A stretch of 63,981 bases of DNA, the filler included, from Reclinomonas americana ATCC 50394 (Eukaryota), in assembly GCA_048213135.1 (NCBI GenBank). It is 4 parts of 3 records of this genome, joined end to end, with 100 filler letters (N's around TTAATTAATTAA, not from the genome) between each part and the next. Parts side by side here need not be neighbours in the genome. Positions count along the whole stretch, not along the records: positions 27,905 to 58,365 come from PS015280.1; 3 more parts are not named here. The stretch is one strand, 5' to 3'. Under the pieces are notes generated by a model. That model was not told the DNA's origin and did no database searches. It saw only the letters and a list, made by a program, of their open reading frames with translations. Position 1 is the stretch's first letter; each line of letters starts with the position of its first letter. Shown one piece after another: positions 40,135 to 51,500 of the stretch. The position numbers and the translations under genes are program-made.

Positions 40135-41550
40135 GGGCGCCACCGTCGCCCCCGGTGCCTCTGCCGCCACCGCCACCATCGCAGCAGGCTGTTGTTGAGG
40201 ATCCAATGGAGGCTCCGGAGGAGTGGGCGCGCAAGTGGTGCGCTGCGTGGACGCGGCATGATGTGGAGGAGGTGAGTGGAGAAGGAGAGGGTGGCAGGGG
40301 GAGGGACAGGTCGCACTCGCAGCAGCCTGTGGCCTGATGTGCTCTTCGCTTCGCCTCTGCCTTTAGCTTCCTCCTAAGACGAGCAACCCTCCCACATTGC
40401 GTCTCTGGATTCGAAGCCTTCTCTGGATATATTACTGCATCTCTTTCTCAACCTTCTATATTAGAGACGAAGTCTGTCTCCTCGCTTTGTCAGTGATCTC
40501 CGCCACCTCCTTTCTCATCTGCTCTCTGCGTTTCACTGTTCATCTTCCTCGACCTCCTTAGCAGAAAGTCCGCTTCCACATCCACTTTTGTCTCTGTCGC
40601 GGTATTCTCCTTTTTCCTCTTCATCTCTCTGCCTTTTCTGCGTCTCTTTCTCAATCCCCTTATTCGAGAAAGCCGCCGACGAAGTCTGTCTCCTCCCTCC
40701 CCAGTCGCCTTCCTTTTGTGCCCTCTTCCTCTCACTGCTTCTCTGTCTCGATCACTCAGCGCTGCGATGACGAAGTCGGCTTCCACACCTCCTTCTTACT
40801 CACTCCCATGTTGTATCTCCTGTGTCTCCTTCCTCTGCTGCTCTCCGTCATTCTGCTTCTTCTTGACAATGTTGCGCCTTTCCTGCCAGCTACCACGAAT
40901 TTTGCTTCCACATCTCCTTCTCTTTTCTCCTCCCACATTGCGTCTCTGTCGTTTACTTCTCCTGTCCCCTGTTCCTCTTCTCCTCGATCTTCCTCATTCG
41001 AGAAAGCAGTGGACTTCGTGCGGCGACGACTACATCTGCTTCCACATCTCCTTGTCTCTCCCCCTTCCTTTTCTAACGTCCCTCATTCAAAAATGTCACG
41101 CCCTCGCTCTACCCGTCTTTTCTCAATCACCTTGTTCTTCTCTGTCGTCGTCGTCGTCGTCGTCGTCCCTTCTCTCTCTCTCTCTCTCTTTCTCTTGCCA
41201 ACTCACCCCTTCCCTTTCCCAATAGGTCCTCTCACACTTCACCGACGACTGCGAGTTCACCTCGCCAAAAGCGCAGGCCACCGTTGGCAAGCCCACCGTG
41301 CACGGCAAGGACGGTGAGTGAGCACGCCCCCACTCACCTACATATCCCGTTTCCCTTCTCACTCGTTGCTGTCCAAGCAGAGCTGCGCGCGTACTGGAAC
41401 CGCGCACTGGCTAATCTCGCACCGCGTCGCCTGCGATTCAACCATGTTCCCCGTTGGTGCTCACTGTCTGCTGACTTTGTGCAAGGATGGAGGTCGTGTG
41501 TCGCCGGCAACGATGATGCACGTTCTTGGTGGAAGCAGTCTCTTCACTGA
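40135..41550 (+). CDS. SnoaL/NTF2-like domain protein
   Basis: Spliced EEWARKWCAAWTRHDVEE|VLSHFTDDCEFTSPKAQATVGKPTVHGKD|ELRAYWNRALANL; introns 40272-41225 and 41314-41380. C-terminal half not convincingly found. Confidence 0.75.
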
Positions 41551-41798
41551 GTCTTGCATGCTGCCCGGCTGCTTGTCTTCGGACGGCGGCCACCCTGAAA
41601 ATCCTCTTGAGCACTCGTTGGCTCGGTGGTGCACCTGCGATTGGGAAAAAGATTCAACCATGTTGCCCGTTGGTGCTCGCTGCCTGCTGAAGTGTGTCGA
41701 AGGAGGTCACGTGTCGAAGCCCATGGCACCACGTGCTTGCCCTCTCGAGCTCCGCTGTCAACGGATCCGGATTGGCCTCACCAACAACAACCACTCGA

Positions 41799-42073
41799 CT
41801 GCACCTCAGCTCCTTCCCGGACTTAATTGCATGTTGCCTGGCTCTGTTGGTTTTACATATGTCTTCTGATACCAACACCTCTTGCTATTTTTCTCGTTTC
41901 CTTTGTGGAATTCGGCGTCAAATCCATGCTTGTCATGAGCCGTGGTTTCTCTTGCAGAAACGCCAGCATTAGCGCTAGCCATCTCGACTTTTTCTCGCTT
42001 TTTTTCGTGATGTCTGAGTTTCTGGTGCTCACTCAAGATGGTGATCATCATGCAGCTGTGTTGCTGTTTGGAT
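41799..42073. repeat. Dispersed repeat, copy 2 (copy 1 at ~35729-36010)
   Basis: Colinear similarity with small indels. Confidence 0.85.
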
Positions 42074-42992
42074 TAAGTTGTTGTTGTTGTTGTTGTTGTT
42101 TCTATTATTTTTTCTTTGCAATTGTGTCGATGCCGTGGCGTGGAAAATTCGTACTTTGTGTTTCCTAATAAAGCCTGCAGCAGAACGATGTTTGCCGCTC
42201 TTGCCAGCACCGGTGCGTCTCCATCTCCCTCCCTCCCGTTTTCTCTGTTTTGTCTCCACTCTTTCTCGCGACGACATTGCTCATTCGAGGTCTTCTTCAC
42301 AACACCACCACAGGTCGGCTTGCTGCTATCACTGCTGCTGGATCCGGAGTGNNNNNNNNNNNNNNNNNNNNNNNNNNNNNNNNNNNNNNNNNNNNNNNNN
42401 NNNNNNNNNNNNNNNNNNNNNNNNNNNNNNNNNNNNNNNNNNNNNNNNNNNNNNNNNNNNNNNNNNNNNNNNNNNNNNNNNNNNNNNNNNNNNNNNNNNN
42501 NNNNNNNNNNNNNNNNNNNNNNNNNNNNNNNNNNNNNNNNNNNNNNNNNNNNNNNNNNNNNNNNNNNNNNNNNNNNNNNNNNNNNNNNNNNNNNNNNNNN
42601 NNNNNNNNNNNNNNNNNNNNNNNNNNNNNNNNNNNNNNNNNNNNNNNNNNNNNNNNNNNNNNNNNNNNNNNNNNNNNNNNNNNNNNNNNNNNNNNNNNNN
42701 NNNNNNNNNNNNNNNNNNNNNNNNNNNNNNNNNNNNNNNNNNNNNNNNNNNNNNNNNNNNNNNNNNNNNNNNNNNNNNNNNNNNNNNNNNNNNNNNNNNN
42801 NNNNNNNNNNNNNNNNNNNNNNNNNNNNNNNNNNNNNNNNNNNNNNNNNNNNNNNNNNNNNNNNNNNNNNNNNNNNNNNNNNNNNNNNNNNNNNNNNNNN
42901 NNNNNNNNNNNNNNNNNNNNNNNNNNNNNNNNNNNNNNNNNNNNNNNNCGTCGTCTCGTCGTCGTCGTCCGTTCCCCCCTCCCCCTCCCTCC

Positions 42993-43036
<44 letters not shown>

Positions 43037-43049
43037 CTCTTTCTCTTCC

Positions 43050-43800
43050 TCAACAGTGATCTCGCGGTCGGAACTCGGGTGTCTGTCGCCGCTTTTCTGT
43101 TTTTCTCTCTCCCTTCTGCGTTTATTACAGCGATCAAGCGATGGGCACATGTTTGGCTTGTCTCCAGAGTGCTACTCCGTTGTGTGTCTCTGCCGCGCCC
43201 TCTCTCCTTGTCACTGTTGACGTAATCGGCTGACTTGTCGTCTCCAAAGTGCTCTTCCGGAACGCATCGGGCCTTCTCTCTCGCTCTCTCTCCCCTCTCT
43301 TTGTCACCTGACATGTCACCCAAGTACTGTTCCGCCATGCATCGGGCGCTTTTGCTGCTTTCTCTCTAACAGCGATCGAGCGCTTGGAACTTGTGCGGTT
43401 GTCTTACTTCGAATCGGGTGTCTGTCGCTCCCTTCTCCCTCTCGCTCTCTCTCCCGCCACTCTTTCTCCCTCCCCCTCTATTTGTCACCAAACATGTCCC
43501 CCAAGTGCTGTTCCACCCCGCTTCTCCCTAACAGCGATCGAGCGCTTGGAACACAGGCAGTCTTGACTTGCTCCGCCCTGAATCGAGTGTCTGTCGCCGC
43601 CTTCTCTCTCTTTCTCTCCCTCTCTCGCTCTCCTTCCCTCCACTCTTTCTCCCTCCCCCTCTCTTTGTCACCTGACTTTCCCCCCAAGTGCTGTTCCACC
43701 CCACATCGGGCGCCTCTCGCTGCTTTCTCTCACTCACTCACGAGCGCATGGTAGTGGCGCGGTCTTGTCTTGCTCCGCCTTGAATCGGGCGTCTGACCTT
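43050..43800. repeat. Degenerate tandem repeat block
   Basis: Recurring ACAGCGATCGAGCGCTTGGAAC, GTGTCTGTCGCCGC, CTCTTTGTCACCTGAC, CCCAAGTGCTGTTCCACCC. Confidence 0.75.
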
Positions 43801-44025
43801 ACTTTCTCCCTCTACCCCTTCGTCCCTCGCCCTCTCCCCTTCCCCATTCCCCCATTTCCCCATTTCCCCTTCCCTTCGCCCCTTTCCCCCTTTCCCCCTT
43901 TTCCCCCTTTTCCCCCTTTCCACCTTTCCCCCGTACAGAAGAATCTTTTTCTTCTTCCTCCTGTCCTCGTTCCCCCAGCAGAGCACACACACATACCACA
44001 CACACCCTGCGACTCCCATGTGCCG

Positions 44026-44898
44026 ATGCACACGAGCCGCCGTTTCGCCATTGCCGCGGCGTTGCACGGCTTCCACTTGTTTCTCGGTTGCACACAGTCG
44101 GGGATCTTTGTGTACAACATCTACCGAGTGGCCACTCACCCTCTCGCGTGGAGACTGTGCGGTGGTGCCGTCAACCTCCTTCTCACATGCGTCTCCTCCG
44201 TGCTGTTGGTGTGGCTGTTCCGCAAGTGGGTGCGATTTTGGTGGTGTCTGTGGTGCAACAACAAGAACACGAGCAGCGGCAGCAGTGAGGAAATGTTCGA
44301 TCGTCAGCGTCTCGCCGCCGACGAGTACCTGCTCGGTCACTACAACCGCCGAAAGGTGCGTCTCTCTCTCTCTCGCTCTCTCTCTCCCCATCTCCCTCTC
44401 CCTCTCCCTCCCTCCCTCCTTGTTTTCCCGTCGAGACTGACCGGAAGGCCGGATCTTCCTTTCATACAATAGGGCGTCGCACCGCTGACGGTTCATGCAA
44501 ACTGGGCAGTTGCCATCCTGCAGTTCTGCACTGTCGCCGTGCAGTCCACACAGCTGGCCGCTCAGTGTCAGCCGCCAGGTGTGGCAGTTTTGGCTGGAAT
44601 CACCAGCGTGTCGTACATCAATCTGCTATTCAGGCTGCTGGTGAGCCGCTGCGCTCGGAAATCTGTTCTTTGGTCAACTGTCAACACATTGCGCCTCACT
44701 TCGGTTGCCACCCACGCACACATCATCTTGCAGACTGAGGTGTACCATCCCAAGTGGGTTCGCGATTCGCAACAAGGAGGAGCTGGAGGGCGACGCGCAT
44801 CTCGTCAGGGTCAAGTCGTCACGTCGTCGTCGGAGAGCGACATTGCAGCGAGTGCGACAATCAACGTCAACATGCCCGACCTCGCGATGGAAGAATGA
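44026..44898 (+). CDS. Hypothetical protein with about 4 TM helices
   Basis: MHTSRRFAIAAAL...HYNRRK|GVAPLTVHANWAVAIL...LLFRLL|TEVYHPKW...LAMEE*; two in-frame GT-AG introns. Confidence 0.6.
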
Positions 44899-45500
44899 AG
44901 TCAGTCTTCAGCGCTTCATGACGCTCCGAGTGTTCGATATGTTGCGCGGAATATCGATGATTGCATTTCGATATCCTCGACAAAACCGCTTTGACAGACT
45001 GCTCAGCAAATTGAGCTCGCGTCAACGAGAACATGCAGGCGAAGAGGCTGAGGAGAGCACGAGCAGCGCAAACCAGAGCTGCCATCGACGTCCGGTTGTC
45101 CAGTTTGTTTGATGAGGTTTTTCGATATCTCTGTCGAACATTACATTCACATCACACCGCTGCAAACGCTGGCGATATGCATCTCAGAAGCGACGTGTCT
45201 ACCACACCATCGTCACCGTGCACACGCATGCCTCATCGAATGCAAATATTTCCGATCTCCAACCGTCAGGCCAATTAGATTCAGACGACGGCTCACACCA
45301 ATACATTGTTTTGCACGTGCCCGAGAGCGCAGATCTCCTCCCTCACACCCTTCACGTACACACACACATACACGCGCACCCGCGCGCACACACACCCGCA
45401 CACACACATAGAAGCACATCCACCTCTGACATTGATCTGAGTGTGTGTTTGTCCAGCAAGTACTCTCTCTTTCTCTCTTTCCCTCTCTCTGAGCAACAAG

Positions 45501-48500
45501 ATGACGGGCATTCGTCACGCGACAGCAGTTTTTGCACTGCTGGTCATGATGCACGCGCTACTGGCACTTGGTGAGTGACGATGATACACTTTCTCTCGAC
45601 ACTCGCCAAAGTCAGTCGTCCCGTTTCTGTATGCTCCCTGACACGCTGATTTGTTGTTGTGCGCGAAGCGGCCAGTCCGACCGACATTGCGCTCTCGTCG
45701 ACCGTGTACCCGCCCTTTGGAGGCATGACGGTCGGTCAACTGTCTTCGACAGACGCAGGTGAGTGCCGGTGTGCATTTCCGACGACTACGGCAACAACCG
45801 TTGCTTCGTTAAAAAAACGGTCAAATACCAATGCGTTTCTTCCGAAAACGCTTCCTGCTGTGCAGATCAGAACGATACGTTCACCTACACGCTCTCCGGC
45901 GCCGATGCCGCCTTGTTTGAGATCAAAGGCAACAACTTGGCGCTCAAGTGCAGCACGCCGGTGCTGCCGTACATGGCCCCGAGTCCGCCCAATCCGCCGC
46001 AGCCGCCGATCACCCGGTGAGTCGTTTTGGCACTTGTCTGTGGGAGGTTATATGCGGTACTCACTAACGCGTGTGCCATTAACGCTCCACGGTGCAGCGA
46101 TCTCAACATCTCGATCACCAGCACCGACAGCATGAGCAACACCTTCACCAAGCAGTTCACGCTGGCCAATGGTGCGCACGTGCCCGTTACTTCTTGGCGC
46201 TCAACGCCTCTGCTTGCTCACTTTCCTTGTTGCAGGTGGTGCACTGTGGTCGCTGGCCGGCCGCCCGCCGAATGTAATTTTCAACAATCCCACCGATGTT
46301 GTCTGCAACACGCAGGGCGATAAGTTGCGCACGCGAACGCCTTCATCGCATGATCTTTGATATCGAGTGTTTGCAATGTCTCGATACTCTTCTCCCTCAA
46401 TCCTCACCCTCCTCCAGAACACGTTCCTGTCTTTAAAGACTAACTAGTTGATTAGTCTCCCCTCTCAGTTCACGTTCTTCCTGTTCTACTTCTCTCTCTC
46501 ACTCTCATTTATTCTTCTCTCTAGCCCTCTTCTCTTTCTTTTCTCTCGTCTTTCTTTTTCTCCTCTCTCGTCCTCTTCGTTTTCTTCTTTCCCTCTTGTC
46601 CTCTTCTATGTCTTCTCTCTCTCTCGCCCACTTCTCTCACCTTTCTCTCATCCTCTTATTATTCTTCTCCCTCTCCTTCTCTTCTTCTTCTCTCTCGCTC
46701 ACTTTTCCTTCTCTCTCGCCATCCCGTTATTCTTCTCTCTCTCCTTTTTTCTTCTTCTCTCTCCCTCGCCCTTTCTCCTTCCTCTCCCCTGTCATGCACT
46801 CATGTACTTTTTCGAATGACCACAGCAAGAAGTGCTGGGTGGCCGACACCGGCAACCACGTTGTCCGCGTCAACACAGCTGGCACCGGCGGTGAGCACCA
46901 TGCCAGCCTCTCCCACTCCTCCCCTTCTTCCGCCCCTATCTCATCTTCTATTTTTTTTCGCTGCAGACTACCCCGTCTTCTTCGGTTCGGCCGGCACCTC
47001 GGGCTCTGGCGCCAGCCAGTTGTCGTCGCCCGGTGGACTGGCCTACAACACGGCCACCAATGAGGTGTACATTGCCGACACGGCCAACAACCGCATTCTT
47101 CGTGTGCCGCGTGCTGGCGGCAACGCCACCGCGATCACCATCACCGGCGCCAGTGGCCAAGGTCTCAGCGCACCGTCTGGTCTGGCCTTGAGTGGCACCA
47201 TCACGTTTATGGGCGGCACCAACCGACTGGCCATTGCCGACACGGGCAACCACCGTCTGCTCATTGTCGACACCACCACGTGGGCCGTGGTGACCAACGG
47301 CGAAATCGGTCTGCGCGGCACGAGCGGCAGCGTGCAGGGCGACGCCACCACCACCCGCTTCAACAGCCTGCGTGGCGTGACTTTCCTCGGCACGACGCTG
47401 TACATTGTGGACTCGCTGAACCATCAAGTCCTGTCGTTTGACGGCACCAACACGGCCAAGGTCGCCGGTGTCGGCACCTCGGGATTCGTCGATGGAGCCA
47501 CGGGTAGCGCCAAGTTTGCCTCGCCGGCCAACATTGCGGCCGAGACCGTCAGCAACAATACGGTCCTCTACGTCTCCGATCCGGTAAGCAAGCTGTCACA
47601 ATCTCGCTGTGTGATTGTGCCTGTGCCACTCATGCATTCCTCTTTGTTGTGACGCGTAGGGCAACAATCGCCTCCGCAAGATTGCCAATGGTCAGGTGTC
47701 GACCATGGCCGGCGGCAGTGTCGCCGGCAACCGCGACGGCGCGCCGCTGTTTGCGCAAATGCAGGGACCCGCGGGCTTGACGCTCACCACCGGTCCCATC
47801 AGCGGTCGCACTATCATCTTCTTTGTCGAAAAGGACAGTCGCCTGGTGCGCGTGCTGGACACGATTGCACCAAGCGGCAACACGGTGGCATGCGGAGTCG
47901 AACCTCCTGTTGCGTGTGTGTGTGTGGCACGCGGCGCCGTCTTTCACGCCTGCGATCTTGATTTGCTTACCAACTTTTTCCCACACAGAACATTGTCTCC
48001 GGCACTGCCATGTCCCTGTTCGGCGCATCGCTCGTGGCCGCCTCCACCGAGGTGACTATCGAGGCCTCGTCGAACCAGGCATGTGCTGGTACCAATGCCA
48101 CTGGCCTTTCCATCAACACACCGTCGGAGGACGTCAACCAGCCCGGCCGCGTCATTTTCACACCGACGATTGCTGCCGGTGCGACTCTTTCGTTTGGCCA
48201 GTTCCGCCTCTGCGTGCGCTTTGGCGGCGCAGGCAACTGGATCCAGGCTGCCATCCTGTCACTTAATGGTGGCGCGCCGACTGACATCAAGCTCGACACC
48301 ATCTTCTACCCGCCGGCTCCGGGCGCCCTTGTCGGTGTTCTCACGGCCACCGATCCCGACCCCAACGACACATTCACCTTTGCGATCACTGGCGGACCCA
48401 ACGCCGACATGTTCCACATCTACAACAACAACATGCTGCAGCTCAACTGCAACGCCCAGGTGTTCCCCACCACTCAGGGACCGTGCAACGGAACGCCGAT

Positions 48501-51500
48501 GCAGTGCGGCAGCGCCACTCTGTCACTCAATTTGACAGTCCGCGACGCCACCGGCAACATGTTCCAGAAGATGATCTCGTTGAAGAATTCGCGCGGTGTG
48601 CGTACCGTGTGCGGCACTGGCACGCAGGGATTCTCCATGTTGCGTCACCTCTTTAACTATGTTGGCGCGAACCGCCAGTGCTCACTGTACGTTGCACACG
48701 CTGCAGTTCTGGTGCCTGCTCGACGCAGCAATTCAACTCGCCGACCGGCATGGCCTGGGTCCCCGGAACCAACGAATGTGCGTGCGCACACATGTGGCCT
48801 CTGTTTTTTTTTCTTCTCTCTCTCTCGCCGCTTCTCTAAACATCATCCGCTTCCTTATTGCAGTGTATGGAGTGGACTCGGGCAACCACGTTGTGCGCAA
48901 GACCATTGCCGGCGACAATGGTGTGTCGTCCGTCGTGGTGGGTCTGGGTGGCACCTCCGGTAACGTGCAAGGCCAGCCCGGCGTGTCGCGCCTCAACACG
49001 CCGACGGGTATCACGGTGAGCCGTGTGACACCACCACCATCTATGATTAATTTGGCACAGTGCCTCACTCTTCGCTGCGCAGTACGATCCGGCCACTAGC
49101 AATTTCTTCGTCACCGACAGCGGCAACAACCAAATCATTCGCTTCAACCGCAACGGGTAAGCTCACAGATTGGCCATCGCCGTTGTCACGCTTTTGCTGT
49201 TGCTGCTCACCACTTTCACAGCGGTGCGGTGGCGGTCTTGTCGTTGACGGGAATCACGCTCAGCAACCCGACTGGCATCTTTTTCATGGCCTTCAACGCG
49301 TTCGGCGGCTCGGGTCGCCTGGTGGTGGCCGACACTGGTAACAACAAGTTGCGTGCACGAATGATGCGGTATCGAGGTTTACGGTGCAGCCTTACCGACC
49401 CGATGCGTGTCACAGGGTGTACGTCCTGAACAACACGTCGGGCGACACGTGGGCGCCGACCTTGACCATTGGTGACGGCACATCGGGCCTCAATCGCGCA
49501 GCGGTGAGCATCACCATGGCGGGTCGCAGCTGAGAGATAATGACAGACTAACTTGTGTGTGTTTCGCTCCCGGCAGCCTGCGGCCACGAAGCTGAACGGT
49601 CCGACAGGTGTGGTGGCTGCTATTGTGAGCGGCACCGCATACATTTACATTTCAGACACTGGTGCGTTTGGGTGTATGTGTGCGTATGGTCCTTTGTTAC
49701 GTTGCCGACTGACATTATGCTCGCTTGCTGGCTATCAGGAAACCACGCCATTTTGCGTGCTACCGATCAGGCTGTGGAGCTGTTCAGCGGACCGACGGCG
49801 GCTACCGCTGGCTACGCCAATGGCGTGACAGCCAATGCGCGATTCCGATCTCCAGCGTCCCTGCACGCCAACCCGGAGCAGGGAGTGTTGGTGGTGGCCG
49901 ACAAGGTACGCGACGCCGAGACACGGACACATCTGCAGGGAAACAATGTGAGCCTCATCGCTCGCTCCCCGTGCACAGGGCAACAACGTGATTCGCACGG
50001 TGAAGCTGGCCGACGGCTCCGCCGACACGCTGGCTGGTGCGCCTCCGGCGCAGAACGGCGCAGCGGCGACCGCGGCTTTCAAGGACGGCTTCCTGAATGT
50101 GGCGCAGTTCAGCGCGCCGTCGCACGCAATTGCGATTTCGCTGCCGACTGGCGATCCCAATAGCCCCGACAACGTTTACGTGGTGATGGACTCTGCCAAC
50201 AATGTTGCGTGCTAATAGGCAAAGGATCGTTTTGAAGTTTTCAAAAACTCACTATTATCGCAGCGCATCCGCACGATTGAGATTGGTGGCTCCAAGCTGT
50301 TGCACGCACCGTGTGGCGTGGTGCCGGACAAGGTGACGGGCACGACTGACATTCAGATTCGCGGTATCAGCATGACCACTGGCGATGTTGCGTCAACGTG
50401 TTTCATGTTTTCACTTGATTCCTCCACGAGTGAGAGTGCTCATTCCCTCGCACTACACAGTCCTTTAGTTTCGAGACCGGTGACGGCGCCTGCACCGGCA
50501 CCTCTTCCACCGGTGTTACTCTCGGTCAGCTTTCGGCTGTCACTCCCAATGGCGGCGGCGAAGCGTACTTGACAGGCACACTGACGGTGGCCGACGCCGC
50601 GGCACGCTCCAACTACAAGGCCTGCGTGCAATACGCTGACGGAACTCGCGCTCGCTACAACTCCTTGGGCATCTTGATGGCGGGTACAGTCGGTGGTGGT
50701 GGCAACGCCGGCGGCGCCAACGGCCAAGGACCGGTGCAACCGACGCAAATGTTTGTTGGCGCGGCAGTCACTACCGTGACCATCAAGGGCACAAATATCG
50801 CTATCTCAGCGACGAATGCGTCATTCAGTCTTACTTTGGTGCCGCGCACGGCAACATGCGGAAGCACCACGCACGCAACCATCACGCTGGGTACACCGGC
50901 AGCTCCCACGGCGGATGCAACCGACCTCATCACGGTGACCGTGGTGGCCTCTGCACGAGGATGTTGCGTGCGCTACATGAATCGCGTTGGCTGTCGGCCG
51001 TTCTGTTGACATTATCCCTCTTCTAGATTTCAAGTTCTGCTTGAAGCGCCCCGGAGACGCCGCCTATACCGCCATCAGCGATTTCATTGTCTTTGCCAAC
51101 CCTCCTGGCTCAGCAGTTGCGCCTGTCACCAACACGACCGCTGTGTATTGCTTGTATATGCTGACGCTTTTTGCACTCCTCCCTCGCAGTCGCAGCCAAT
51201 GCCGGTTCCCCGTGGAATTCCAGTGTCGGTCAAGATCGTCGCGGCGGGATTCCACGCGCAAGATGTTATCACCGCCGTGGATGGTGGCACCTGCCAGCCG
51301 CTCGTGAATGGCCAGGTCTCATTCGCCGTCACTCCGTTTTCGCATATCTCATTTCCTCAGTGCTAACCCTGCTGCCTCAGGTGTCGGATCCAGTGGCCTC
51401 TCCCAATGTTACTGTGACTATGGGCACTATTTCTGCCACATCCATGTACGTGGGCATCACCTCGACGCTGCCAGTCTCGCGTAACTTCCGTCTCTGCATC

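Noticed and set aside
40230-40271. SAM-domain start (W...DV)
   Set aside because: The downstream exons complete a SnoaL/NTF2 pattern instead.
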